Positions 35,868 to 48,600 of a stretch of 64,000 nt of DNA are shown here, one piece after another. Source of the DNA: Macrostomum lignano (Eukaryota); NCBI GenBank assembly GCA_002269645.1, contig NIVC01004018.1, forward strand, positions 256-64,255, written 5' to 3'. Under the pieces are notes generated by a model, which made no database searches, was not told the DNA's origin, and saw only the letters and a list, made by a program, of their open reading frames with translations. Every line of letters starts with the position of its first letter. Position 1 is the stretch's first letter. The position numbers and the translations under genes were made by a program.

Positions 35868-37429
35868 TTACTCCTCACGGAGAGTCAGCTTTTTAGCGTC
35901 CTTAAAAAATCGTCTTGTGCGGTCGCGTAGGACATCCTCGGCCGCCGAGTTGAGAGGGGCATTTGCTGGAAATATTTTTGGTAGAGTAAACTGGCGGCTT
36001 TACTAAACAAGCACAATACAATGTTTTAATATATTCCAGGACTCCATTGAGCGTTTACAAAATAATTAATATTATTACCATCGATGAGGAGCGGAACAAG
36101 CAAGTCATTCGCTGATATCCTGGTGCCATCCTTGGGACGTTTAGTGGTCTTATAATTGCGGCCCGTCATGTTAAAAGCCGTCCGGAATGGCTTTGCCACC
36201 AGCATCTTCAACTGTGCTTTCACGGACTCGTTCAGGTTGTTCGATTTCGCTTCTTTTAATCTTTGCACCTGAAAGTGTCAACGTCAATCGTGAATAAGTT
36301 TTGACTAGATCGCCAGTTAAACAAGATCCAAGACGCATTGTAGCTTGCATTGTGTTAATTCAATTTAATTTAATTTAGATTAATTGAGTTTCACCAGAAG
36401 CTAATTTCTAGCGCCAAACTTTCCTGAGTATTAATGCACTAAAGTATTTGTATCGCATCAGAAGTTTAAAACGAGCTTATAGTAAACTAAATAAAAGGAT
36501 ATTGCGCAGCTTACCACATTGCTCCTTGCATTCTGGCGACAAGCTTCTACGAGCTGCTCGTAATTGTCTATGCCAGTCATGGGAAGAAATTCGAGGCGAC
36601 TGTCTTCCTGAACCGTATCTCCTTGGCCTTGAAGACTTAGTCGGCGCTCAATCAACATTAACCGCTCGGACATGGCAGCCTGTTGGCGTAGTACTTTTGC
36701 CAGCATGTGTACAACGCCCTCAGTTGAATACATTTCCACTCCAACCGCTGCTAGTCTTGACTGTATTCCAGTCAGCATAGTAGACTGTCGATTTATGGTA
36801 GAAGTAGCACAAGCAGACGCTGCGGTGGTGGTGGTGGCAGAAGCAGACGCGGCGGTGGTGGTGGTGGTGGCAGAAGCAGACGCGGCGGTGGTGGTGGTAG
36901 CAGAAACAGACACGGTAGCGGTGGTAGCAGAAACAACGGTAGGTTCATGACCACTTTCATACAAAATATTAAGCCAGTCGTCAGGAATGCTAGGTAGAGA
37001 CGGCTCCGGGATCATGTCTTCAAGTAGGGCGTCGGGATCTGTCCGATGTCGAATCGACGCAGAGGCCTCGATATCGGTACTGTCAGACTCAGGGAATTGA
37101 ATTGTTGGGACTCTATTCCTGCTGAGCGTATCTTTGAAGCGTTTAAAATAACGCAACAAATTCTTCACCTTGACGTTATCCTCCCAGCGCAGTTTAGAGG
37201 CCTGTTTCATTGGCTCATCTAATAATTCTTCCTGCATAGCAACTTGGATTATTGTGCACTGCTTGTCACCATCGTCGAAGCGCGCAAAGATAATTATTTC
37301 TTTGTCTCCCGTAGCTAACCACTCCTCTTTACCCCAAGCTTTCATTTCTTCAGGCAAGTGCACCAAGGCACAAGGGGTGATGCTAAACGAATTATCGTGT
37401 CTAAAGAATAGGAGCAGGTGCAGTCCCAT
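35868..37429 (-). CDS. EnSpm accessory protein (DUF4806-like C-terminus), about 400 aa; exons 37429-36515, 36268-36079, 35965-35868
   Basis: GT-AG introns in consistent phase; C-terminal AFNMTGRN...K...LLVPLLIDA...RRFFKDAKK; Ala/Thr-rich linker; family assignment from memory of motifs. Confidence 0.7.
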
Positions 37430-37960
37430 TACGGCAGATATCTGAAACAGGCTGTTTGGTTAAGAGTAGCAAATTTAAAATAAAAATGTAGGTCAGGAAA
37501 AATCTGACAAGTATAAAATCTGGAGTTTTGAGATTCTGAGAAACTAACTAAGGATGCAGTTGCTGTTGTTACTACAAACTGTTGTGACGTGACTAAACTG
37601 ACTAAACTAAACTAAAATGTCCTAGACGAAGACGAAGTGAAAAAACTGTTTAATAAATCAGTAAATAAAATCAACAGTTGTTTAAATAACCCGAGGTGGC
37701 ACAAATTTAACTTTTTAATTTTTAACAAATTTAAGAGAGAAATTGCAAACACATTGACAATATTTAGAAAAAATTACAAAAACACAGTATAGTCTCGTAA
37801 AATATGTACATAGACTAATACATAAGTTTTTGTACAGTAAATGTACTCGTAAATGTAAATGTACAATCGTTTCACACAGGATAAACTCCTGCTAATACGT
37901 CAGTACAACAGTAAAAATTAGCATGTAGAGTTTTATAGGTCCGAAAATACTAAACATCGC

Positions 37961-39987
37961 TCAAAATCCAATATACGGAATAATTATGAAATCCTCGTCA
38001 ACAGGAATACAAATCGCTCGTCGCTCAATATTGATATTAGAATGATAGTGGATAGTTCTTTCATAGCGCCCTACGTGTACGAATTCTGATGAGTAAGGAA
38101 ACGTGTAGAGTGGAGTCTTGAATTTCAAACGGCAGCCACTACACATTCCAGGCGTTTGTGAAACTTCTGTTGCGAGGTACCAAGCCTTATGTCTCGCATC
38201 AAACACAACTGTCCGACCAGGCCTTATGGTGGATGCTTTGAGACAACCGGACGCTCTTGTGTCAGAGCGTTGTCTAAACATTATCTCTCGCAAAGCCTGT
38301 AATTGTTTGACCGTTTGTTGAAATGCAGAACCATTCTTTCTAATTCTCCTCTTGAGTATGCCGAGGAAATTTTCATAAGGAAATGCTGAAAAGTTCCTCA
38401 ATGGACCTTGGCGACGAACAAACTCTCCTAGATGCAGCAGTACATGCATGTTATAAGTTATACTTCTTCTGCCAAAGATCTTTCTTGCTCTGTGAACAAA
38501 TAGTTCAATGCTTTTTTCTGCCAACGGTAGGTTTGCAAACAAATGTTCATTGGAGTAGATAGACAATGAGAAGTGAAGCAAACAGAAATGATCAAAGGCA
38601 TCATTCCGCAAAAATGGTTTAAGCAAGTATGGCCCAACTAACATCAAGTTCCAGAACTCGATGGCCTTGAAATAGGCTAACTCTTTAATTACACGAATCG
38701 TCCGTTGAAACTCTTTAGGGAAAAACTTGCGTGTGACCATGATGCTTTGGGACAACTCAGAAACCTGAAAACTTGACAAGCGGCATGCCAAATTTAATCC
38801 CTTGATCTTTGTGCAGTAGCAGTGAAAAATTCGTCTGATGACACCAAGGCACGCAAGATGCATAGGTTCTGGCGGAAAAGAAGATCGCAATGGCAGAAAA
38901 TCTAGTGGGGTCCGGCCTGCTTGATTATTTTCCTGGTATTGCTGGTAATATTGATCTGTCCTGTTAGTACACGGAATAACAGGAAAAACAGTGCGTCCTT
39001 CAATCGTACGACCTTCAGCCCGACAATAAATGCACCCGTGATGTGCATTGTGCCCTATGATATTCATTACGTAGGATCGAGCAGGAGCATCGCAGATGAA
39101 GGTGGGGAACTTAAAAAAACATGAATTGCTTCATGTTCATGGAACCAGCCATTCTCTAGCAGCTCTTTTAATTCCACACTAAATTCATGCAAGAATTCGC
39201 ACACAGTGGGCTTGCCAATACCACAATAGCAAGCCACAGGGAGAGGATGTGACCTGTTGATACCCATCAAAATTGGCCAGCAATTTGTTGGTGATCCTCC
39301 AAAATATGGCAATCCGTCAATGTGAAACTGTAAGTCAACTTTGTAGTGCTTTACTCCATTGATTATTGAGCACGGCATATCATCAAAAAAGCCACGAGAA
39401 AGCAAAAACGATAAATTATCCGTGATAGATAGATACGCAAACCTTCCATCTCTAAATTCTTTTTGTACGATGTTGTCCAGCGTTCGTATTCTCAGGGCAG
39501 ATGCGCCTTTGGCAGCCTGTCGTAGCAAGTACAATGATTTTGGAACCTGAACTCCAAATCGAATGAGGAGACGAAGAAGGTACTCCATTGTTCGTCTCTG
39601 AATATTGAATAGAAGAAAAAAAACCAGCAGCCCGTCAGCAAGAGAAAATTGGTCGACATTTCCATCACCCAGTTCACTTTCGTCTGTTTGAGTCTCTCTA
39701 TCCTCAATATCGGAATCTGACGATGAAGCTGAACTTAGTGGCATATCATCGTTCGAATCGGCTAATTCAATTTCCTCCGTTGAACTTTCCTGACTGTGTA
39801 CATTACTCATGTCATTGATCAGTTCACTATTCTTTTGATTTGAATCTTCACTTGCCTGTGACAACTCTGCTGGAGGCTCATTTAAATGTGTGGTTTGCAG
39901 GGCAATGCCATCTTCAATGACACCCATATCGTCAAACATCTCTAGAACGGCTTGGTTTGCTTTCCTTTTGATAGTTGAGCGACTCAT
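37961..39987 (-). CDS. EnSpm/CACTA-type transposase, split by one frameshift at about 39113
   Basis: HIDGLP...WPIL, FICDAPAR..M.I.GHN.HHGC.YC, EPMHLACLGV, FKAIEF, ITYNMHVLLHL, GPL.NFSAFPYENFLG; the two ORFs join by a -1 shift at the T7 run. Confidence 0.85.
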
Positions 39988-42900
39988 TTCTTATTTCAAA
40001 ATCTGTAGTTGAAGGATGAAACAGAAAAATTGTGTGCAGTTTTTTAAAGCTGTATATTTATATAGTACTAATAGTAAAAGTATTTTGTATTACAAAAAAT
40101 CCATAAGCATGTCAGTTTTTCATTTGTTTATATTTTATGATGCAAAAGTGCAGTCTATTAAAAGAAAGACAAAGTACATAGCTAAAAAGTATTATATGTA
40201 CACAGTAATTATAATATAAGTAGTAACTCATGCTATAGAAACGGGTGTTTAGCTACTTATATTTTATGGTATAGCAGTTCTATTTCAGGAGCAGCTATCT
40301 GTAGGTTATGCTTGTATTTAGAATGTAACAAAAATTTAATAGATCCTATACTTAAATTACCAAAATAGATGAGATAAAAATGTTTGAATTTACATTGCAT
40401 TTATAATTATCATATATACATGTGTATATCAAGAACCACTAGCAGTATATCAGGATGCCACACTCAAAAACTATATAAATTTTCAAAAGCCAATTTCCTT
40501 AGAAAAAAACTGCTGAGATTAAAAAAATTCTTTACAAAATCAATACTTGCATTCAATCTTAAGGTTAGTGAAGATTATTAATATTGAAATTTAGTTAGCA
40601 TAAAAACATATTACTCTGTTGCATTTTATACAATTGTGTAGTAAAAGTTTTTCTTTTATATAAGCCCAAAGTTTTAAATACTTGCAAGTGGAATTAGCTA
40701 ATTTTTTGTTTTGTTCCTTCTTGAATAAAGCATAGGTCTATTTTAGTACAAATTTGCATATAGGTATTAATTCTCTTGAGCCAAATTGTTGAAGGTATAA
40801 TTTTATTTCAATGTTAGTGAGATTGCAATGTACAATATTACATAACAGAAGAATAATTAGAAGCAAATAATTCTAGTCTATTGAGGCCTAGTAAAATAGT
40901 CAGTAAAATAGTCAGTTGTTTTGTGACTATATTTTAGCCTTTAGCTAGCCTAGCCTGGCTGAAAAATTGATAGCTTTTTTATACAGACTACTAGTAGTTC
41001 AACAAAAAAAGAAAATGATATTAGTAAACATGGCCTACTATATTTAATTTCAAATAAGTCAATAAAATAGGATAAAATAGGGCCTTCAACTAATAATAAG
41101 CATTTAAATAAAATTATACCTGCAATAATGGCTTCAGAATCAAAGTGCCTGCCTGAAGCATTTTTATAACAAATATGCTTGATTTAAAAAAGAAACCAAA
41201 CAAAAATTAGGTAGTGCTACTTGTGAGTTGTGAGTAATTACAACCTTGCCCTTGGGCTACTAATGATTTTATGAAAATGTTTTACTATATCTGCTCTCTG
41301 CAGTGTATTTACATTTTAACATTTAGAATTAAATCGATTACTGTTCATCGAATGCTGCACTACTAAAATTTTTAATAGGCTCTACTTAAAAGTAAAAAGT
41401 TTCTAATTTATGGCTACTTTATTAACTCGCTTGTACTATATAAAAGATTAAAACTCTAGTTAGCAATATTACTATTAAAACCAACCAAATTATACACAAA
41501 ACTTATAGCACACAATCACTCATTAATATAGCGACAGATATAATAATATACAATGATAGGAAAAAGCTGCCGTGCGTAATACAGAAAGTATAAGTTAAAC
41601 ATTTACATAATAAGTTATAATAAACATCGATCTATAATCGACATCGCATGGCGATATTTTAAAAAATTGCATGTATCTAGCAATGAGTTAAAACAAAAAA
41701 TATTGCCTCTGTTTTACTGAATTTTTTATTTTATTTATGTAAGCTTAAAATCACTTTGAAAAAACAATACAAAATATTATATAAAATATTTTTGGCAAAT
41801 GAGGAGATAAAATAATTTTTATCGAAATTTCGACGTCGAATGAAGGTTCAACCGACAACTCATTTGGCGCTAGTCTTAAATAGGCGAATATCGACGTCAT
41901 TTCGACGTGATTTTTACCGCCGGGTTATTTCTAAGAAAGTTATCGATTAGGACTACAGTTGGAGCGCATCATCAATATCCGCCTGTAATTCCTGATTATG
42001 CTATCTCTCTTATGCAGCCTTCACTTCGCATGCACTTACCCTATGCACACATCGTATGTTATATAATTTATCAAATCTTGGTCCCAAGCCGTCTACTCCC
42101 GATTGACATGGATTTGCAAATTAACTGGCAAAATTGATGAAACTGTCATGCAGAAACCGGCTGTCATATTAAAAGCTTTCGCAGCTCAGATAAATTGGCC
42201 AGTAGAGCTTTTTATGCATTGCATGGAGCTTCATATTTTAGACTCTCTTTTACTTCTCTTTCAAACGCTCAATATGGGACCTAAGCTCGTGCAAGTTGTC
42301 AATCCGTTCCTTACACCTCCAGGCCAGCTTCCATCGAACGGTTCGGTGTTGGCCAGGCTACATGAAGTGCACACTGTGTGAGTGTCCAAGGCAAGCCGCA
42401 CGGATCCTCCAGAAATTCTATCAGAATTTAATCAATTGTGCCCTGGCTCTTATATGATCTGGGCTGCAACATGTGGATGTCCTAGATGAATTCTATGAAT
42501 AAGAGGCCAGTACTGTTTTAGAGAAGTGACACTTTTCTGTGCATTTTTCTCTCACTAGGTCGTCGCCATTTGTGTACATCGATACACTAATGGAAATTGA
42601 AGTGTATGGCGTTTCTGAGTTGCACTTTTCTCTTGATGATACAGGAGGCCATAGGCTCTCTTGTTTGCTGCTAATGAAATAAACAAATCACTTCAATTAG
42701 CTATCATATGGCAGCGTTTTTATATTGATATCAACAATACAGCATTCAACAAAACCAGCAAACTGTAAGGCACACTGCAATTAACAGGTGAAAACCAATG
42801 GATTTCTCGGTTAAAAATATGTACTTTTTGTTTTTTTATTTCTCAAGGACCACCAGAAGTTCTAGTGGTCCTTGTTATTTCTATTCCTAAAATTTGATGT

Positions 42901-43732
42901 CAAGGAAAAATCGGAATAGCTACGAATAGTCGGTAAACCAATGCAAAAAGCTCTTGATTTGAACCGGTTAAGATTGTTTAAAAAGCTGCGTTTAAATAAG
43001 TAACCGTCATGCTTGCATTAGAGCAACAAAGGTAATTAGAAAGAAGTGGCATTTTTTCATCATTTAAATTAACAATGACGTATCGGAGAAAGCTGGGGTA
43101 TTATTATTATTTTGACAGAAGGCGAACTATACAAAAATATCTCATTAATTATGAATTTCGCTTCATATAATCATATAATCATAGCTTTAGGGTTAGGGTT
43201 AGGCGGATTTCAAGGTTGACATGGTTTTTCAGAATTCAAGGCTTATGAGGGAATAGCAGAGATGCCAAGGCTCACAAGGGATTACTGATGTTATAGCAAA
43301 GAGAAGCTACATGTAGTTTATTAAAAAAATTGTATTCCATTCTTTGATGGCTCCCTATATGGGGGCGCTGATTGCTATAAATGATACTCATTTTGAGAGC
43401 ACTACAGTAGAGTGCTGTAGTCACGTGACTACAGTGCAAGCAATCGCATTTTTCAGACAACGCAGCCCTTGTTTAATAGAAAAATTAGTCTAGCTAGTAA
43501 ATTATGCCTGACGTACTGACTCTTCCATATCTGGACTGACGCAATCTATTTTTATCTTATTTTAATCTTGTTTTAATCTATTTTAGTCTTATCTATTTTA
43601 ATAATTTCAGACAAAGGAATCCGCCATTCTCTATCCGCCCAAACCGTCTCACTAAACTGGTTATTGATTTTATCTCGTCTTTTAAAATCATTCAGCAGCT
43701 ACATTTTCCGGTGATCAGAATCCGAGCGAAAG

Positions 43733-44935
43733 GATTCACGCGACTGGATTCACGCGACTGGATTCACGCGACTGGATTCACGCGACTGGATTCACGCGAC
43801 TGGATTCATGTGACTGGATTCACGCGACTGGATTCATGCGACTGGATTCACGCGACTGGATTCATGCGACTGGATTCACGCGACTGGATTCACGCGACTG
43901 GATTCACGCGACTGGATTCACGCGAATGGATTCATGCGACTGGATTCACGCGACTGGATTCACGTGACTGGATTCATGCGACTGGATTCACGCGACTGGA
44001 TTCACGCGAATGGATTCACGCGACTGGATTCACGCGACTGGATTCACGCGACTGGATTCATGTGACTGGATTCACGCGACTGGATTCATGCGACTGGATT
44101 CACGCGACTGGATTCATGCGACTGGATTCACGCGACTGGATTCACGCGACTGGATTCACGCGACTGGATTCACGCGAATGGATTCATGCGACTGGATTCA
44201 CGCGACTGGATTCACGTGACTGGATTCATGCGACTGGATTCACGCGACTGGATTCACGCGACTGGATTCACGCGACTGGATTCACGCGACTGGATTCACG
44301 CGACTGGATTCATGTGACTGGATTCACGCGACTGGATTCATGCGACTGGATTCACGCGACTGGATTCATGCGACTGGATTCACGCGACTGGATTCACGCG
44401 AATGGATTCATGCGACTGGATTCACGCGACTGGATTCACGTGACTGGATTCATGCGACTGGATTCACGCGACTGGATTCACGCGAATGGATTCACGCGAC
44501 TGGATTCACGCGACTGGATTCACGCGACTGGATTCACGCGACTAGATTCATGCGAATGGATTCATGCGACTGGATTCACGCGAATGGATTCATGCGACTG
44601 GATTCACGCGAATGGATTCATGCGACTGGATTCACGCGACTGGATTCATGTGAATGGATTCACGCGACTGGATTCACGCGACTGGATTCACGCGACTGGA
44701 TTCACGCGACTGGATTCACGCGACTGGATTCATGGGACTGGATTCACGCGACTGGATTCACGCGACTGGATTCATGCGACTGGATTCACGCGACTGGATT
44801 CACGCGACTGGATTCATGCGACTTGATTCACGCGACTGGATTCACGCGACTGGATTCATGCGACTGGATTCACGCGACTGGATTCACGCGACTGGATTCA
44901 TGCGACTTGATTCACGCGACTGGATTCACGTGAAT
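43733..44935. repeat. 14-bp minisatellite, about 85 copies
   Basis: ggattcacgcgact units. Confidence 0.97.
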
Positions 44936-45630
44936 GGATGTATGCTTCTGATCTCAATCTCTGCTACTCTGCTCTCTGAAGAAGGAGTTGTTACCCTTTC
45001 CTGATCTGCTTCGTTGATTTTTTCGTTGATTTCCGGACCAGAGATTTCAGTCTTTCATATCGAGATCGTCTCTGCATTCGCAATTTCTCTTGAATCTCTT
45101 GAATAATGGGACGCATTATTGAAGAAAACAATTTGGAAAATATTAAAGTTTTTATTTTCTTGCATGAATAAACAATTTTTTTGGCACTAAATTTATAATA
45201 TCGGATCGTTTCGAATTCCAAATATCAAAATGAGACGAGTGTGTGTTTTTTATCGAATGTATACTTTATGTTCCGGGCATTGCGCCAGGGTGTCCACAGG
45301 CCTTCTGAGATCCTTTATTATCAATTAGACAAAATTATTAATCTCGAACAAAACACAAAAACTTCTCCTCGATTTGCAACTTGGACGTTCAGAAAATGGA
45401 ATGCGGTTAGTCTAGCGCGAAAGCAGCTGCAAGCTTTCAATCTCGCCAATGCACTTTTCTACAGAACAGGCATGCCTCTGAAAGGATGCCATTGGCCTCG
45501 AAGCTGGTCCAATGCCGGCTCTGCAGCGCTCTGGCTAAAAAAGCCGTCAGCCGCCTCGCATTCCTGACAGAGCAGACAAATTCTTCACCAAAACCCGTCG
45601 AAGCTGAAGAACAAAAAGCATTCTGAAAGT

Positions 45631-48600
45631 ATGCCAGCTACCGCAGCTCTGCAGCCGCAGCTGATCTTTGATAACGCAACCACCGTGGCTGCGCTGGGAA
45701 ACATGACGGCCGATGGAGGCGAGGCGAGTGGCGACCATCTGGATCCCTACATGGTGCTGGCCGTCACGCTTTTCATCAGCGTTGACATCATCGGGGTGGC
45801 CGCCAACGTCTTCGTGCTGGTGGTGCTGCTGCGCAATGACAGCAAGCAGGTGTACGAGATCTTCTGCACCGGCCTGGCACTCACCGACCTGCTGTTCCTC
45901 ACCCTGACCGTGCCGATCACCACCCTGCAGTACGTCGTCGACGCCTGGCTTCTGGGGGCCGCTCTGTGCAAGTTCACCTTCTTTGTTGTCACCGTAAGTG
46001 CGCTTGCTCTCCATGATTCACTCCGATCCCTGTGATTCACTCCGATCCCCATGATTCACTCCGATCCCTGTGATTCACTCCGCTCCCTGTGATTCACTCC
46101 GCTCCCTATGATTCACTCCGCTCCCTATGATTCACTCCGCTCCCTATGATTCACTCCGCTACCCATGATTCACTCCACTCCCTATGATTCAATCCAATCT
46201 CTACGATTCACTCCGATGCCTATGAATCACTCCGATCCCTATGAGGCTCTGCGCTCCCTACGATTCACTCCGCTCCTTATGATTCACTCCGTTTCTAATA
46301 ATTCACTCCGTTTGCATGATTCACTCCACTTCCTATGATTCACTCCACTTCCTATGATTCACTCCACTCCCTATGATTCACCTCGCTCCCTATGATTCAC
46401 TCCGCTCCCTATGATTCACCTCGCGCCCTATGATTCACTCCGCTCCCTATGATTCACTCCGCTCCCTATGATTCACTCCGCTCCCTATGATTCACTCCGC
46501 TCCCTATGATTCACTCCGCTCCCTATGATTCACTCCGCTCCCTATGATTCACTCCGCTCCCTATGATTCACTCCGCTCCCTATGATTCACTCCGCTCCCT
46601 ATGATTCACTCCGCTCCCTATGATTCACTCCGCTCCCTATGATTCACTCCACTCCCTATGATTCAATCCAATCTCTACGATTCACTCCGATGCCTATGAA
46701 TCACTCCGATCCCTATGAGGCTCTGCGCTCCCTACGATTCACTCCGCTCCTTATGATTCACTCCGTTTCTAATAATTCACTCCGTTTGCATGATTCACTC
46801 CACTTCCTATGATTCACTCCACTTCCTATGATTCACTCCACTCCCTATGATTCACCTCGCTCCCTATGATTCACTCCGCTCCCTATGATTCACCTCGCGC
46901 CCTATGATTCACTCCGCTCCCTATGATTCACTCCGCTCCCTATGATTCACTCCGCTCCCTATGATTCACTCCGCTCCCTATGATTCACTCCGCTCCCTAT
47001 GATTCACTCCGCTCCCTATGATTCACTCCGCTCCCTATGATTCACTCCGCTCCCTATGATTCACTCCGCTCCCTATGATTCACTCCGCTCCCTATGATTC
47101 ACTCCGCTCCCTATGATTCACTCCGCTCCCTATGATTCACTCCGCTCCCTATGATTCACTCCGCTCCCTATGATTCACTCCGCTCCCTATGATTCACTCC
47201 GCTCCCTATGATTCACTCCGCTCCCTATGATTCACTGCGCTCCCTATGATTCACTCCGCTCCCTTTGATTCACTCCGCTCCCTATGATTCACTCCGATCC
47301 CTATGATTCACTCCGATTGAGCTCCCGATTCTTCCCTGCTCATCTTCCCCTCCAACCCGGCCACGCCGCCCCGCCTACTCGCAGATGACGGTGTACTCGT
47401 CCGCCATCATGCTGCTGGGCCTGACCTGCAGCCGGTTTCTGGCCGTCGTGCACCCGTGGGAAAACCGAAAGATCAACCCGACCAGAGCGAAGGCCGGCTG
47501 CCTGATCGCTTGGCTCAGTGAGTTGGATGTGCCAATCTCAGCCTGCCTTGAGCCAGCATTCTTAATCAGCTCGTGTTGAAAAGACCTGTCAATAGCGACA
47601 GCATTACATGAGCGGGTCTGTCGTGAGCACTCCAATCACAAGTAATGCCTTTATGAATAGTTCTGAGTAGTCCATGGACAGCTAAAAATAGTGCTGCACT
47701 CACGAACTTGCGTTTTTTGAAGCGCTTATTACTTTCAGATGAATGTCATGAGCAGTCATCTCATGAGCAGTCATCTCATGAGCGGTCATCTCATGAGCAG
47801 TCATCTCATGAGCGGTCATCTCATGAGCAGTCATCTCATGAGCGGTCATCTCATGAGCAGTCATCTCATGAGCGGTCATCTCATGAGCAGTCATCTCATG
47901 AGCAGTCATCTCATGAGCGGTCATCTCATGAGCAGTCATCTCATGAGCGGTCATCTCATGAGCAGTCATCTCATGAGCGGTCATCTCATGAGCAGTCATC
48001 TCATGAGGTGCTTACTGCATTGCGCGCTTGTATGTGCTCAAGCATGATGGGCGGAATCGCCTCAGCGTTACGATGTCCCCTCAGGTGTTTCGCCAGGGTG
48101 CACACAGGTCCCCTGCGAATTATCATTCGTGTTACACAGCAAGTACAGCAAATCAGTTTCCATATTAAGTGGTAGATTAATTTTATTCCTTTTCAAAAGC
48201 CTAATTCAAATCAGACGTCATAAGCTGAGAGAAAGTCCAACTCATTCCCGTCGTGCAGGCCCAAGCCTCGATTATTTTGCTAAAAACCGGTTCAAGATAG
48301 ACTTAAGGCGCCAAGCGGACCTCGTGAAGTTAATCTCGGGTGAGGCGACCAGCGACAGAGAGTCGCAGAGCTTCAAGCAGACTTTCGCGCCTTCCCATTC
48401 GAGCAAATCCGGCTGCTTATCTTCTTCTAGAAGAGGAGAGATGGAGAGGAAACTGGTCAGATTAGGGGAGGCTGAGAACACTTTCAATCTCCGACACGAA
48501 AAGTTCGGAATCTTTGCAACGCGGCTTAGTCTAATCACCGTAGCATTCACCTTTATTGGCCTGTCACACTAGTCTTGGCACTCCACTGTTCACTCTTGAT

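Larger units (their letters stand above)
33235..41924 (-). mobile_element. CMC/EnSpm (CACTA-type) DNA transposon, 8690 bp, two genes
   Basis: 34-bp TIRs CCCGGCGGTAAAAATCACG[A/T]CGAAATGACGTCGA (1 mismatch); 2-bp TSD TT; subterminal CGACGTCG repeats at both ends; transposase plus accessory gene. Confidence 0.9.

Noticed and set aside
43187-43203. Telomeric (TTAGGG) repeat
   Set aside because: Fewer than three units, interstitial; too short to interpret
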